From positions 147,312,001 to 147,376,000 of the forward strand of contig OX597815.1 of assembly GCA_951406725.2 (NCBI GenBank): a DNA stretch of 64,000 bases, given 5' to 3'. The DNA comes from Octopus vulgaris (lineage: Eukaryota). Under the pieces are notes generated by a model. The model was given only the letters and a program-made list of their open reading frames with translations. It ran no database searches and had not been told where the DNA came from. How positions within the stretch are numbered: the stretch's first letter is position 1; each line of letters starts with the position of its first letter. Of the stretch, positions 1 to 11,705 are shown one piece after another. Made by a program: the position numbers and the translations under genes.

Positions 1-3000
1 GCACAGACAACACGCAGACTGCACGCGCATACACACAAGATTCTGTAATGTAAATTCACGCAAAAACATTTCGGTTTCCATGCCCTCATTAAACTCTGAA
101 ATACTTTGGTTTTTCAAGTTCTATATGGACTTCTTGTTTAGGAATGACTATATCTGTTTAAGGAATGGGGTGCTGGTGATGTATAGGCATATTATGAGTA
201 GCATAAAATGAGTTGTAAGAAAAAAAAAACAGAAGCGGATATATCGGGGAAAAGACAAGAAGCTTTATACGTCTACAGTGACAGAATGCAGAGGTAAAAT
301 GAAAAACACTTTTTCTGGTTTCACAACAAAGGTTTGGTTCCGGTTATGTGGTGGCATCTGCAAAGTTGGTTTTATTTAATTTCAGGGAATGTCGTTCTTT
401 TTTATTGGTTATCCTTTCCAATCAAAGTATAGAGGAAAGTCTGGCTTCTCAGTGTTAGGCTGATATATGTTCAGTAGGCAAATGGCTCACATTGAAGCCT
501 CATATTTGTTCTAGCCAACGTTTTAGGTCCAATAAATTTTTGAAATGACTTGTAAGACGATCTGGTTTAATATAAAATATAAGATCTCTTTTGGTGTATA
601 TCTATACATCTCTAAGAAAGATTCGTGTGTGAATATGTTTGTATGAATATATAAATAAATATGTATATATATTTGCATATATGTATATATATATATGTGT
701 GCGTGTATAAATATATATACATACATACATACATATATACATACATACATACATACATATACATACATACACACACACAAACACATACACACACACACGC
801 ACACACACACATATATATATATACACAAATAATGACAGAGAAAGAAGAAGAGAAAGAGAGAACAAGAACCATTTGTATGAGTACGCTACATACATGCGTA
901 GGCAGTTGCATTTATGTTAAACTCTATAGAGTGATTGTGCACATATTTATATATAACTTGGCGCAAAACTTGCAGATTCCTGACTCTACATTCATCCCTC
1001 ATGCATGCGTGCTGTATATCATATTTCTAAGTCCACAGAAATCTTTTTCTTTCAAGTTTACAGGAGCATTTTGTTCGTATATTTTTAAAATATACTTTTC
1101 AAATCCCTATAAGTTAGACGATTTTTGTTAATTTATACTGCGTGAATTTAGGTCGAAATATTTTATTAAACATACAAATTAGATACTGTGCGAAGTCACT
1201 TGTCTGGGAGAAAGTTCTGTTTCGTTTATAGACTAGCAGGTATTAACTAATACGATCTAGAACACAAACAGAAAAGGGTCTATCTGGATGAGAACGCAGG
1301 ATGTAGAGTACCGTATTAACTAAATATCACAAGCATAATTCATCGAGAGTAACACCGATTCTTTTGTAGACAATACGAGCTTGCTTTAAATATTGAATAG
1401 TTGCATCTGTTCTCTGACTAATGTTATCTGAAATTGTCTCACGACTCTATTTGTTGTAAATAACGAAGATCTATCTTGCCAAAATTCATGAAAATGAAGA
1501 ATGGTTAGGAAATTAATTGAGAATATTTAAATACATGTTTTTAGTAGGAAATTGTAAATCTGTTTTAATGTTAGCTAAAAGTTTAGTTGATGCAGAATAA
1601 AATAAATCTTCCAATTATTAGCTGAAATGTATCGGAACAAAACAAACATATGTTGAATATTCGCCATACAATAGCAATTCATCTTGATACTTAATGATTT
1701 AAAGGAGACGCACGTGCTATGAGTATTGTGGACAGATAGACTTATTACATTTATATTTACCGAGAGCAGTGTCGTACTAATCATTGGATGACAAATAGCT
1801 AAATTCCAAGAACTATCTACATATATTAGTGGAATGTATGTGCCAGAGTGTCAAACTTGCTTTAATGTCAAATAAACCAAGAGTTCATTTCGGATTCAAT
1901 TCCGATTTGAATCTATTTTTGTAAATCCATGTCTACATTTCATTCTGGACAGTAGGCAGGCCACATATTTTAATCAAACATAGGATTAAATAATTATTTA
2001 ATCCTCTGATTATAATTTCTTTACTAATTTAATATAACTGGTTCTATTATTCAAACACATTGAAGAAGCAAATAAAGTTCTAGAATTATATATCTATATC
2101 AGTGCTGTATATGTACCGAAAACTAAAAGCATACACTAATGACAGGCAAACAAAAAGTTCTATTCGGTTTTGAAACCAAATTGAATTGGATTTCAAATAT
2201 AATTACAAATCTACATTTAAATGCTATTCAGTCTAGCATGTGGTTCATTTGTTTCTAAATAAATGTTGTTTTCCAGAAAATTTTGATTATTGAACCCAAT
2301 GGTTAAATTATTTAACCACTTCCATAAATATTTGAATGTAACTAATCTTTATACGTCTAAAATCAATGCTATGTGGATTTAAATTACTTTTCAACTGTTT
2401 GACGTCCATTAAATCCAAATCTTCTCTACATAGACGTACATTCAACTACGTGAAATCAGATTAATTCTGTGTGTTAATGTCTTTCTTAGGGATATTACAT
2501 TAATAAAATTCAATGTATTTACTTCAATCAAGGATCCAACAAGTACATTTTAATGTTGTCTCTGTAGTTTAAATTCGTTTACTATAACTGCCTGTATGTG
2601 CAAATAAAGATAAATTAAAATTACACTGGCATCCAATAATCATTGGGAAAATATAGATTTAGTGAATTAGCAATAACATTAAATGCACATAATGCAAAAT
2701 AGTTTGTCTTTGTCTTTTCTTTATGCTTATATTATTTATTATACTTATATGTTTTGCGTTCTATCGACATATTATATGTACATTAGACATAAGATTTTAA
2801 TCAAATTTTCAATATTTCTTATATTATTTAATAAAAAGTTGAGAAAAACAAAAATGAGACATAGAGAAAAATGACAATGAAATATAAAATGTCCATAAGT
2901 AACGAAGGAAACACAAGTCACAAGGCATTTTATTAATATATTGCTATATCCGTGTACATACAAAGGACGCACACGCACATGCAAACATATAAGTGCTCAA

Positions 3001-4032
3001 GTAATGCAAAAGTGGATGTGGATGTGGATTTACAATTCTTCAAATCTACACAGTTTCATAAACTTCTTCACAATCACTTTCATATGGTCTGTGTTAGCAA
3101 ATTTTTATTCCTGAACACTATTCTTCATTAGACTGGAAAGTGAAGGGTACTAAATCCGGGTTGTTCTGTCGACGGGGACCAAATGACCAATCTAACTTGC
3201 CGATTTCTTAACTTGCTGTCAAAGATGAAAGTGGACACAAATTATTATGACAAATATGAATATTGTTTTAACTTTGATAGGTTTCAGCGAGTATAGGCCC
3301 ACCTGGGGAAGTGTTTTAGTTATATATGGGGCTCGTTTTCCTAATGAATAGATCTACGCCAACGTTTCAAATCCCGTAGTGATATAAAAACATTGTAAAG
3401 CGTTATTTCATTGGTTTCAATCTTTTGAGGCAGTTCAGAGCATAATTAACGCTTTCTCTTTAAAATTGTATATCACTTGCCGAAGTACCAACTCAACACA
3501 CACATTCCAGAACCCAAACCTTTAACCATCTCTGTAATGCATCGTAGCAACACATCGTTTCTGCTGCGACGATTGTGACTATATTCTGTAAAACGCGAAT
3601 TAATTCATCCACTTGCTTACAATGGTCTCCACAGTACTTAATGGTCTCCTGCTACATGATTCGCATTCAATGGTAGTTTCTCTCAAGGCACGTGGCTTAG
3701 TAGTTACGACATTCGACTTACGATTTTAAGGTAATGAGGTCGATTCCCATCGATACGTTGTGTCCTCGAGTAAGACACTTTATTTCCCGTTGCTCCACTC
3801 CATTCAGCTGGCAAAAATGAATAGTTCCTGTATTTCAAAGGGCCGCATAAATTTGTACATATATATATATATATTGATAGATAGATAGATATGTGTGTAG
3901 TTATGAACTTGTGACTGTATGTTTATATGTATGTATGTATGTATGTATATATATATATATATGTATGTATACACATGTATGTATGCATATATATTTATAT
4001 GTGCATGTATATATATATACACATATATATAA

Positions 4033-4101
<69 letters not shown>

Positions 4102-4113
4102 TATATATATATA

Positions 4114-4344
4114 TATTTCTTTACTACCCACAAGGGGCTAAACACAGAGGGGACAAACAAGGACAGACAAACGTATTAAGTCGATTATATCGACCCCAGT
4201 GCGTAACTGGTACTTATTTAATCGACCCCGAAAGGATGAAAGGCAAAGTCGACCTCGGCGAAATTTGAACTCAGAACGTAACGGTAGACGAAACACCGCC
4301 TAGCATTTCGCCCGGCGTGCTAACGTTTCTGCCAGCTCACCGCC

Positions 4345-4345
<1 letters not shown>
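4114..4345 (-). mobile_element. SINE family A (tRNA-derived)
   Basis: Reverse complement of GGCGGCGAGCTGGCAGAAACGTTAGC..GAGTTCAAATTCC (A/B boxes)..CCCCTTGTGGG..AAAGAAATA. Matches 20988 and 32402. Confidence 0.85.
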
Positions 4346-4389
<44 letters not shown>

Positions 4390-4909
4390 TTCTAACTGTG
4401 TGCTTGTTTGCTTGTGAGTGTGTGTGACTACGTCTGTTTCTATCTGTGTAGAGAAGACAGGAAAGTTACACTGAAAAGAGTGCAAGAGAGCCACCGGTAT
4501 TTAGATGAATCATTTGAACATTTGATTCTGGATCATATTTTCTTGCAGTTGACAAAATCGCGTTTATTTTCTAGTCTCCTCATCTAATGTGTTTACTGTT
4601 GGGATATATTAATATTCTCTTCTCTGAGACATGATGCCATCTCTTCTCTCATTTAGAGAGTCAAAAATACTGAATGATTTTTCTTTTCTAAATGTTTTAT
4701 TTTCACTACATTATAGTTGATGAGATTTTTTATGTCATTACAATTTTATTCAAGGCTTGCGTGTTGGAAACAATATTACTTGTCACAAGATTTTAGTACT
4801 TTACCAAAGTACATTACAAAGTCAATGACAGATATGCATGTATAGGCGTGTATTTATCTTTGTGTATGCGTGTGCGAGTCTGGGTATGCATATGTGTGTA
4901 TACACAAGC

Positions 4910-4958
<49 letters not shown>

Positions 4959-4959
4959 T

Positions 4960-5682
4960 ACATGGTTGCTTCCCAACTACATGGTTCCGTGTTCAGTTTT
5001 GCGCAGCACCTTGTGCAAGTGTATTCTATATCACCGGGCCCATTTAGGACTTATGTGTGGATTTGGTAGACGGAAACGGAAAGAAGCCCATCGTATATAT
5101 ATATCTTTTTTTCACTGGTTTCAGTCATTTGCCTGCAGCCATGCTGGAGCATCGCTTTCACTCAAACAAATCGATCCCAGGACTTAGTCTTTGTAAGCAT
5201 AATACTTATTTTATCGCTGCCTTTTGCCGAACATGTTGGTTACGGGGATGTAAATATCGGTTGTCAATCGAAGGTGGAGGACAAACACACATACACACAC
5301 ACATATACATATTCAGTTTCCTTCTTACAAATACATTCACAAGGCTTTGGTAATCTCAGATTACAGTAGGAGACACGTGACCAAGGTGACGCGCTCTGCG
5401 ACTGAACCCGGAAACATGTGAATGAGAAACAAGCTCCTTATCGCACAGCGACGCCAGCGCCTATATATCTTTGTGTGTGTCTGTGCTTCTCCTTCACCAC
5501 AACCATCATCGGTGGACAGCCAACGTTGATGTGTTTGTGTACCCGTTTCGGCGAAAGATACAATGAGTGCTAGACTTGCAAAGAATAAGTCCTGGGGTTG
5601 GTTTGTTCGACTACAGTCCCTTTATGGAGGTGCACGAGCATGGCCGTAGTGAAATGACTGAAACAAGTAATAGTATAAAAGA
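4960..5682. mobile_element. SINE family B (+; head 4960-5093, tail ~5472-5682) split by a nested minus copy (5105-5462)
   Basis: Head ..GGATTTGGTAGACGGAAAC..AAAGAAGCCC and tail ..AAAGAATAAGTCCTGGGG..GACTGAAACAAGT, matching 61890-63075. Confidence 0.75.
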
Positions 5683-5755
5683 AACGATTATACATACACA
5701 CACATACATATAAACACACATTACATACTTATATCCACATACGTATACATACATA

Positions 5756-6045
5756 TGTTTGTTCCTTCTCAAGTCACGCATGGCTCATAAGATCTGGTTT
5801 CCCGGTTTCCTTGGGATATAGGTTCCCCACCTGGACGGGACGCCGATCTGTCGCAGGTGAGCTGCAAAATGCAGGAGGAAGGAGTGAGAGAAAGTTGTGG
5901 CGAGTCAGCAGAAGTTCGCCATTACCTTCAGCCGGAGCCGCGTGGAGCATAGATGTTTCGCTCATAAGCACACACATCGCCCGGTCTGAGATTCGAACCC
6001 GCCATCCCGAGTATGCTATTCTAACCCCTAGGCCAGGTACCTCCG
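5756..6045 (-). mobile_element. SINE family C (also 21405-21687 +, 32775-33050 -)
   Basis: tRNA-like head with GGTTCGAATCTC B box and shared 3' CGTCCCGTCCAGGTGGGGAA..GAAACCGGGAAAC. Confidence 0.85.
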
Positions 6046-6061
6046 CACGCACACACAAACA

Positions 6062-6139
<78 letters not shown>

Positions 6140-6350
6140 ACGGGAAGCTTTATGAAAATAAACAAAAGACGAAGGCAGGTGGAGTACAAACAAACAATTG
6201 TATTAGTATGGCGCTCAAGAATATAAATAAAACAAGTCTTTTACGTTTCGAGGCTACGCTCTTCAACAGAAAGATACACAGAAAAGAAACACGGAAAGAA
6301 ACAAGGAGAAAAAAACATGCGTGCTGAAGCTAGCGATTCAACATGGCGAA
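6140..6350 (-). mobile_element. Short TA-flanked repeat family with HHR-like core (other copies 26205-26322 +, 38960-39145 +)
   Basis: Shared GAAGAGCGTAG(C/G)CTCGAAACGT...CTAATACA...CTTCGTCTTTTGTT among three copies. No tRNA head. Confidence 0.7.
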
Positions 6351-6369
6351 ATATATATATAACATACAT

Positions 6370-6429
<60 letters not shown>

Positions 6430-6974
6430 TATGTAGGTCAGACGGGAAACGCACTATTAGAACGCTCACCTGTACACCGGCAACAGATTAGAGACCCAGA
6501 GGTCCGTCAGATACCTTTGAGTAACCACCTAGCAACATGTGGTCGGAAAATATATATAATATTTCCATTCTACAAATTACACAGCCCAAGTGAAATCGAG
6601 AGGAAAATCAGAGAAAAGAATTTTATTGATAAATTCGAACCCAAGCTAAATAAGCAATAATAATAATACTTAGAGGTATTACTTCCACTGCTACGACCAT
6701 GACCACTAACAACAACAACAATACTAAAGGTGATCAAGACGAAGATAGCAGGAAAATTATCTTATTTAGGGTTAAAAGTTCTATTGCCACCACCATCACC
6801 ACTAGCAACAATAATTAAGGTGCTGACAATGATGATGATGACAATTGAAATATAAAAATATAAAAATCTCTGACAAAGGATATTTACAACATTTCTAAAA
6901 ATAACCCAACAATTGCTGCTTCGGCCAGGGTCAAGATACAGGACTCTTGACCTGTCCAACAAAGCGTGATGCCT

Positions 6975-7095
6975 AAACCAATCAGCTCAACCAACCAATC
7001 AGCTTAAGTAATTGAGTGATACTACACACTGATTGGTCAGAATACAGTTTGCAAAACCTAGCACTCTGGAGCCTACCCAGCTGTATTTATAGCAC
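6975..7095 (+). promoter_or_regulatory. Putative Pol II promoter in pLTR (CCAAT boxes + TATA-like)
   Basis: CCAATCAGC twice, CTGATTGG once, then TATTTATAG about 70 bp before the ribozyme. Repeated at +4271. Confidence 0.45.
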
Positions 7096-7154
7096 AGAAT
7101 CACTCATCTTGCTACAGTCAAAAATTGTGAAGCATGACTGTCAACACTACTACA

Positions 7155-7199
7155 TGAACCCGAAGATTGCAGAATTCAATGCATGAAAGTACTAGTTCA
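7155..7199 (+). ncRNA. Minimal type I hammerhead ribozyme (5' pLTR)
   Basis: TGAAC-CCGAAGA-T TGCA gaattcaa TGCA T-GAAA GTAC TA-GTTCA. Stem I TGAAC/GTTCA, palindromic stem III AGTACT, variant U4C. Confidence 0.8.
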
Positions 7200-7404
7200 A
7201 TCAGAATGAATATTTAACATTCTACTATTTCATTTTATTTTATTCAATTATAATATATTATCTTATAATATATCATTATAAGATTGTAAATAAAACGTGA
7301 AAATCAGACAAGGTTGGAATTCTTTTTATTAATATATTCTTCTATACACAATCACACACCCCCATATATATATATATCTATATTCCTATTGTGTATATGC
7401 CAAC

Positions 7405-8697
7405 ATGTCTGGAAAGCAACAAACAAAATTAACAGAATCCGAAAGAATTCTAATGGAAATTTCATCGAAATTATCAACACTCATCACGATGATTGACACA
7501 CAATCCTCTATTTTAAAGGAAATAGAAAAACAGTCTACAGACGGAAAACTTGGAAATGAACACATAAACTCTGAAATTAAGAATTTAGCTGAAATGATAC
7601 CAACAATTATAAAATCTACAAGAGAAAGCCTACCACAACCTCCTTGGATGTCAGAAATAAACGAAAGAAATCTGGAAAAAGAGGCACACCGAAAAAGAGA
7701 AGAGATACAGAAGACATGGAAAAAACTCCTTAACATAAGAAAACAAAACTTCTGGAAGGCATATAAATGCGAAAAATATGCTGAAATACATTCGAAATGG
7801 ATATCTTTAGCGGCACCCATACTTCCTCGGAAGTACCTAATTAAAGAAATTGCAGGAGAACCAGAGGAAGAAACTAAACTTCGATGGGACCTTAGTTTGA
7901 TAAAATTCAGGACCGACATCTCCATTACCCTGTCTAAACAATCCCGCTACAAAGCCAAATACGAAGCTATCGATGATCAAATCAGAGATGAAATATCCAA
8001 ACTAACGACCGGCAATATAGCAGAAAAAATGCGAGAACTATGGATCAGAGATATCTCAAAAGAAGAAAGCAGATCAAGAAAGTTTTGGCAGCGGAAACAA
8101 TTATTTCTCGACAAATATGCTACAAATTACGGTAAAGACACCAGAACTCCGAGAAATAGCATTAAAAGTGGACAACCTCACCAACGCAACATACACCAGA
8201 ACACGTGGCAACATGAACACCCGTTTCACCACGAATCGAAGACGAACTACGGTAAGAACTCTTCCCATTTTGTATGCAAACACCCTAATGCACACAACAT
8301 GAACAAAAAGCACAAACAAAATAGATATTGTTTTGAACAGACCATTAGCAGTAGAAATAACAGGAGATCATTTTCAAGACCTCAACAGAGATTACCCACA
8401 AGAAACTGGACAAAAAACCGATCTAGATCTAGAAGTAAACCCAGATCATTTCTCCAGGTGGTTAAAAACAATGCTAACAAGAAATTGAAAAGTAGCATAC
8501 ATAATACCAAAAACAAGACAGAAAACATAACGAAACCAAGTAAAGTACCACAACCAAAACGCAAAATTCATCAAGCAAACATCAACAGGAATATAAATCA
8601 TAACCAGAAAAAAATCCATTTTTTTACGTCAGGACAACAAACACCGGAGAAAGAAAAAATCCAAGAGGAAACATACCCCAAACAACTGAACGTATAG
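7405..8697 (+). CDS. PLE ORF1, 430 aa, function unknown (helical N-half, basic RS-rich C-half)
   Basis: Long non-repetitive ORF with a good start context (GCCAACATG) just after the 5' pLTR. K/E/L/I-rich N-terminus and RSRSRSKPRS-containing basic C-terminus. No domain recognised. Confidence 0.8.
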   Translation: MSGKQQTKLTESERILMEISSKLSTLITMIDTQSSILKEIEKQSTDGKLGNEHINSEIKNLAEMIPTIIKSTRESLPQPPWMSEINERNLEKEAHRKREEIQKTWKKLLNIRKQNFWKAYKCEKYAEIHSKWISLAAPILPRKYLIKEIAGEPEEETKLRWDLSLIKFRTDISITLSKQSRYKAKYEAIDDQIRDEISKLTTGNIAEKMRELWIRDISKEESRSRKFWQRKQLFLDKYATNYGKDTRTPRNSIKSGQPHQRNIHQNTWQHEHPFHHESKTNYGKNSSHFVCKHPNAHNMNKKHKQNRYCFEQTISSRNNRRSFSRPQQRLPTRNWTKNRSRSRSKPRSFLQVVKNNANKKLKSSIHNTKNKTENITKPSKVPQPKRKIHQANINRNINHNQKKIHFFTSGQQTPEKEKIQEETYPKQLNV

Positions 8698-10931
8698 ATC
8701 CTAAAATAATTAATTTATCAAAAAGAGATCTTGACAATGATGAAATCCAACTTCTGTCAAAAGGACTGAAATTCACACCTACACCAACAGCCAACCACCA
8801 AGAATTAAAGGAGGATATCCAAAAATTCTGTCGAAAATTACGACTTGTAGAATTCTTCGCTAACAAAAGTAATGAGATTGATGAATCCCTAGTAAGGAAT
8901 AAATCAAATTTCACCCCACCAAAAGGAAGAAATAACTACCTTGACCAATACATTGATATCCTGTCTAAATTTCCCCTTAGACGCAATACCAATGTTAGGC
9001 CAAACATTAGCAAATCAGAGATGTCTGCATGTAAACGTATACAAAACGATCAAACAATAATAATTAAACAAGCAGATAAAGGTGGTGCAATTGTTATTAT
9101 GGATACCGAATACTATAAGGATTTGGTTGAAGACCAACTGAAGGATACAACCTTCTATTGTGAAATACCCGCAAATATAGACCACCACATCATGAAAAAG
9201 ATCAACAACCTGATTTCAACACACCACAACTCACTTACGGATAATGAAAAAGACTACATCACCAATTTTGAACCAAAACCCAGCAACTTCTACGGCTTAC
9301 CAAAAATACACAAATCAAAAAACATTCAACAGGCAGTAAAAGAACAAGAAAGTGAGTACATAAAATTATTACATCTAAAAGACCTAAAACTTAGACCTAT
9401 TATAGCTGGTCCAGCATGCCCTACACACCGTCTAAGCAATTTTATTGACATTGTTTTGAAACCACTATGTACTTACATACCAAGTTTCATCAGGGATGAC
9501 ATCGACTTCCTGTCCCATCTTCCCAAAACAACAGAAACAAATTCAGTTTTACTAAGTTTTGATGTGGTAAGCCTCTACACCAATATTCCACACGATTTAG
9601 GAATAAAGGCGATTAAATACTGGTTAGAAAAACATAGAGAAGTGATTCCCAGCAGATTCACAGTGCCATTTATATTAGACACAGTCAAACTTATTCTAGA
9701 AAATAACACATTCTTCTTCAATGGAAAGAATTACATCCAAATTAGAGGCACGGCGATGGGAACGAGGTTTGCTCCCGTTTACGCCAACTCTGTAATGGGA
9801 TACTTAGAAGAACAACTCTACCAAGAGGTGGAGGTAAACTATGGCACTGGATTTAGAAAGTATATTGAAAAGGCATGGAAGAGATACCTAGACGACTGTT
9901 TCATAATCTGGACAGAATCTCTAAATACTCTGGAAGAGTTCAATATCCTCCTGAACAACCTACACCCATCTCTCAAATTTACAAAGGAGATGAGTAGTAC
10001 CAAATTACCATTCCTGGATATAATGGTAATTAAAAAAGACACCACCATCACCACAGATATATACTATAAACACACAGACACACATCAATACCTAAATTTT
10101 AAGTCGTGCCATCCACCACATACAAAACGTAACATCCCATACTGCCTAGCCAGAAGAATTTGTACTATTGTAGAAGATGCAAATATCAGGAACAAACGCC
10201 TAATAGAACTAAGAGAATTTTTGCTCAAACAAAAATACCCATCTCTACTTATAGAAAATGGCATACAGCGGGCTATAAAAATACCTATACAACAACTTAG
10301 GACAACCCAAGGAAGAGGAAAACAAGAACAAGTCATACCATTCATAGTGACACACAACCCATGTCACCAGAATATCTTCAACATTGCCAAAGTAAACCTA
10401 CCAATCATTGCCCAAAGTAATGAATTAAAAGACATAATCAAGGATCGAGCTATGGTGCTTAGTAAAAGACAGCCTAAAAACTTGAAAACATTACTAACAA
10501 AGGCAAAATTTGACCTCAGCAACAAAGACCAAACATTCACGGTATCTAAATGCAATGATAGCCGATGTGGCACATGCCAATTCATACATACCGGTCAATA
10601 TATAAACACAAAAACCGGGAAAATATTCACAAACGCGAATATGAACTGCAAAAGCAGAAATTTAATTTACTGCATCAAATGCCCAAATTGTGAAGAAATA
10701 TATGTAGGTCAGACGGGAAACGCACTATTAGAACGCTCACGTGTACACCGGCAACAGATTAGAGACCCAGAGGTCCGTCAGATACCTTTGAGTAACCACC
10801 TAGCAACATGTGGTCGGAAAATATATATAATATTTCCCTTCTACAAATTACACAGCCCAAGTGAAATCGAGAGGAAAATCAGAGAAAAGAATTTTATTGA
10901 TAAATTCGAACCCAAGCTAAATAAGCAATAA
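8604..10931 (+). CDS. PLE ORF2: reverse transcriptase + C-terminal GIY-YIG endonuclease (open from 8604; first ATG at 9021)
   Basis: Manual translation shows the frame open from after TAA 8601-8603. Motifs: IINLSKRDL..EIQLLSKGLKFTPTP, KQADKGG, FYGLPKIHK, LRPII, SFDVVSLYTNIP, QIRGTAMG, RYLDD, LPFLD, SCHP..KRNIPY, Cys linker KCNDSRCGTC, and LIYCIKCPNC..IYVGQTG..R..H. Confidence 0.93.
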   Translation, partial: PEKNPFFYVRTTNTGERKNPRGNIPQTTERIDPKIINLSKRDLDNDEIQLLSKGLKFTPTPTANHQELKEDIQKFCRKLRLVEFFANKSNEIDESLVRNKSNFTPPKGRNNYLDQYIDILSKFPLRRNTNVRPNISKSEMSACKRIQNDQTIIIKQADKGGAIVIMDTEYYKDLVEDQLKDTTFYCEIPANIDHHIMKKINNLISTHHNSLTDNEKDYITNFEPKPSNFYGLPKIHKSKNIQQAVKEQESEYIKLLHLKDLKLRPIIAGPACPTHRLSNFIDIVLKPLCTYIPSFIRDDIDFLSHLPKTTETNSVLLSFDVVSLYTNIPHDLGIKAIKYWLEKHREVIPSRFTVPFILDTVKLILENNTFFFNGKNYIQIRGTAMGTRFAPVYANSVMGYLEEQLYQEVEVNYGTGFRKYIEKAWKRYLDDCFIIWTESLNTLEEFNILLNNLHPSLKFTKEMSSTKLPFLDIMVIKKDTTITTDIYYKHTDTHQYLNFKSCHPPHTKRNIPYCLARRICTIVEDANIRNKRLIELREFLLKQKYPSLLIENGIQRAIKIPIQQLRTTQGRGKQEQVIPFIVTHNPCHQNIFNIAKVNLPIIAQSNELKDIIKDRAMVLSKRQPKNLKTLLTKAKFDLSNKDQTFTVSKCNDSRCGTCQFIHTGQYINTKTGKIFTNANMNCKSRNLIYCIKCPNCEEIYVGQTGNALLERSRVHRQQIRDPEVRQIPLSNHLATCGRKIYIIFPFYKLHSPSEIERKIREKNFIDKFEPKLNKQ

Positions 10932-11632
10932 TAATAATACTTAGAGGTATTACTTCCACTGCTACGACCATGACCACTAACAACAACAACAATACTAAAG
11001 GTGATCAAGACGAAGATAGCAGGAAAATTATCTTATTTAGGGTTAAAAGTTCTATTGCCACCACCATCACCACTAGCAACAATAATTAAGGTGCTGACAA
11101 TGATGATGATGACAATTGAAATATAAAAATATAAAAATCTCTGACAAAGGATATTTACAACATTTCTAAAAATAACCCAACAATTGCTGCTTCGGCCAGG
11201 GTCAAGATACAGGACTCTTGACCTGTCCAACAAAGCGTGATGCCTAAACCAATCAGCTCAACCAACCAATCAGCTTAAGTAATTGAGTGATACTACACAC
11301 TGATTGGTCAGAATACAGTTTGCAAAACCTAGCACTCTGGAGCCTACCCAGCTGTATTTATAGCACAGAATCACTCATCTTGCTACAGTCAAAAATTGTG
11401 AAGCATGACTGTCAACACTACTACATGAACCCGAAGATTGCAGAATTCAATGCATGAAAGTACTAGTTCAATCAGAATGAATATTTAACATTCTACTATT
11501 TCATTTTATTTTATTCAATTATAATATATTATCTTATAATATATCATTATAAGATTGTAAATAAAACGTGAAAATCAGACAAGGTTGGAATTCTTTTTAT
11601 TAATATATTCTTCTATACACAATCACACACCC

Positions 11633-11648
<16 letters not shown>
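10694..11648 (+). repeat. 3' pseudo-LTR of the PLE (overlaps end of ORF2)
   Basis: Near-identical to 6423-7377 and runs into a long (TA)n tract. Confidence 0.95.
11426..11470 (+). ncRNA. Minimal type I hammerhead ribozyme (3' pLTR)
   Basis: Identical to 7155-7199. Confidence 0.8.
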
Positions 11649-11683
<35 letters not shown>

Positions 11684-11705
11684 TATATAACATACATAAC
11701 ATATA

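Larger units (their letters stand above)
6423..7377 (+). repeat. 5' pseudo-LTR of the PLE
   Basis: Starts AGAAATATATGTAGGTCAGACGGG (EIYVGQTG codons) and ends CCCC(AT)7. Matches 10694-11648. Confidence 0.95.
6423..11648 (+). mobile_element. Full-length Penelope-like retroelement (Neptune-like) with direct pseudo-LTRs, inserted in (TA)n
   Basis: Direct repeats 6423-7377 and 10694-11648 (offset 4271 bp; only two substitutions noticed by eye) enclose ORF1 and an RT + GIY-YIG ORF. The 5' repeat is a copy of the element's 3' end, starting inside the endonuclease coding region, which is the PLE partial-tandem layout. Both flanks are (TA)n. Confidence 0.95.

Noticed and set aside
3686-3760. tRNA genes at SINE heads (also 20988, 25763, 43740-43805, 61890)
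   Set aside because: A/B boxes are present, but they continue into repeated SINE bodies and I could not fold proper cloverleaves.
9021-10931. ORF2 starting at ATG 9021 as given in the ORF track
   Set aside because: Conserved PLE N-terminal motifs lie upstream in the same open frame, so this ATG is unlikely to be the true start.
6423-11648. LTR retrotransposon interpretation of the direct repeats
   Set aside because: No TG..CA ends, primer-binding site, protease, RNase H or integrase. The repeat overlaps the endonuclease CDS, which is the PLE layout.
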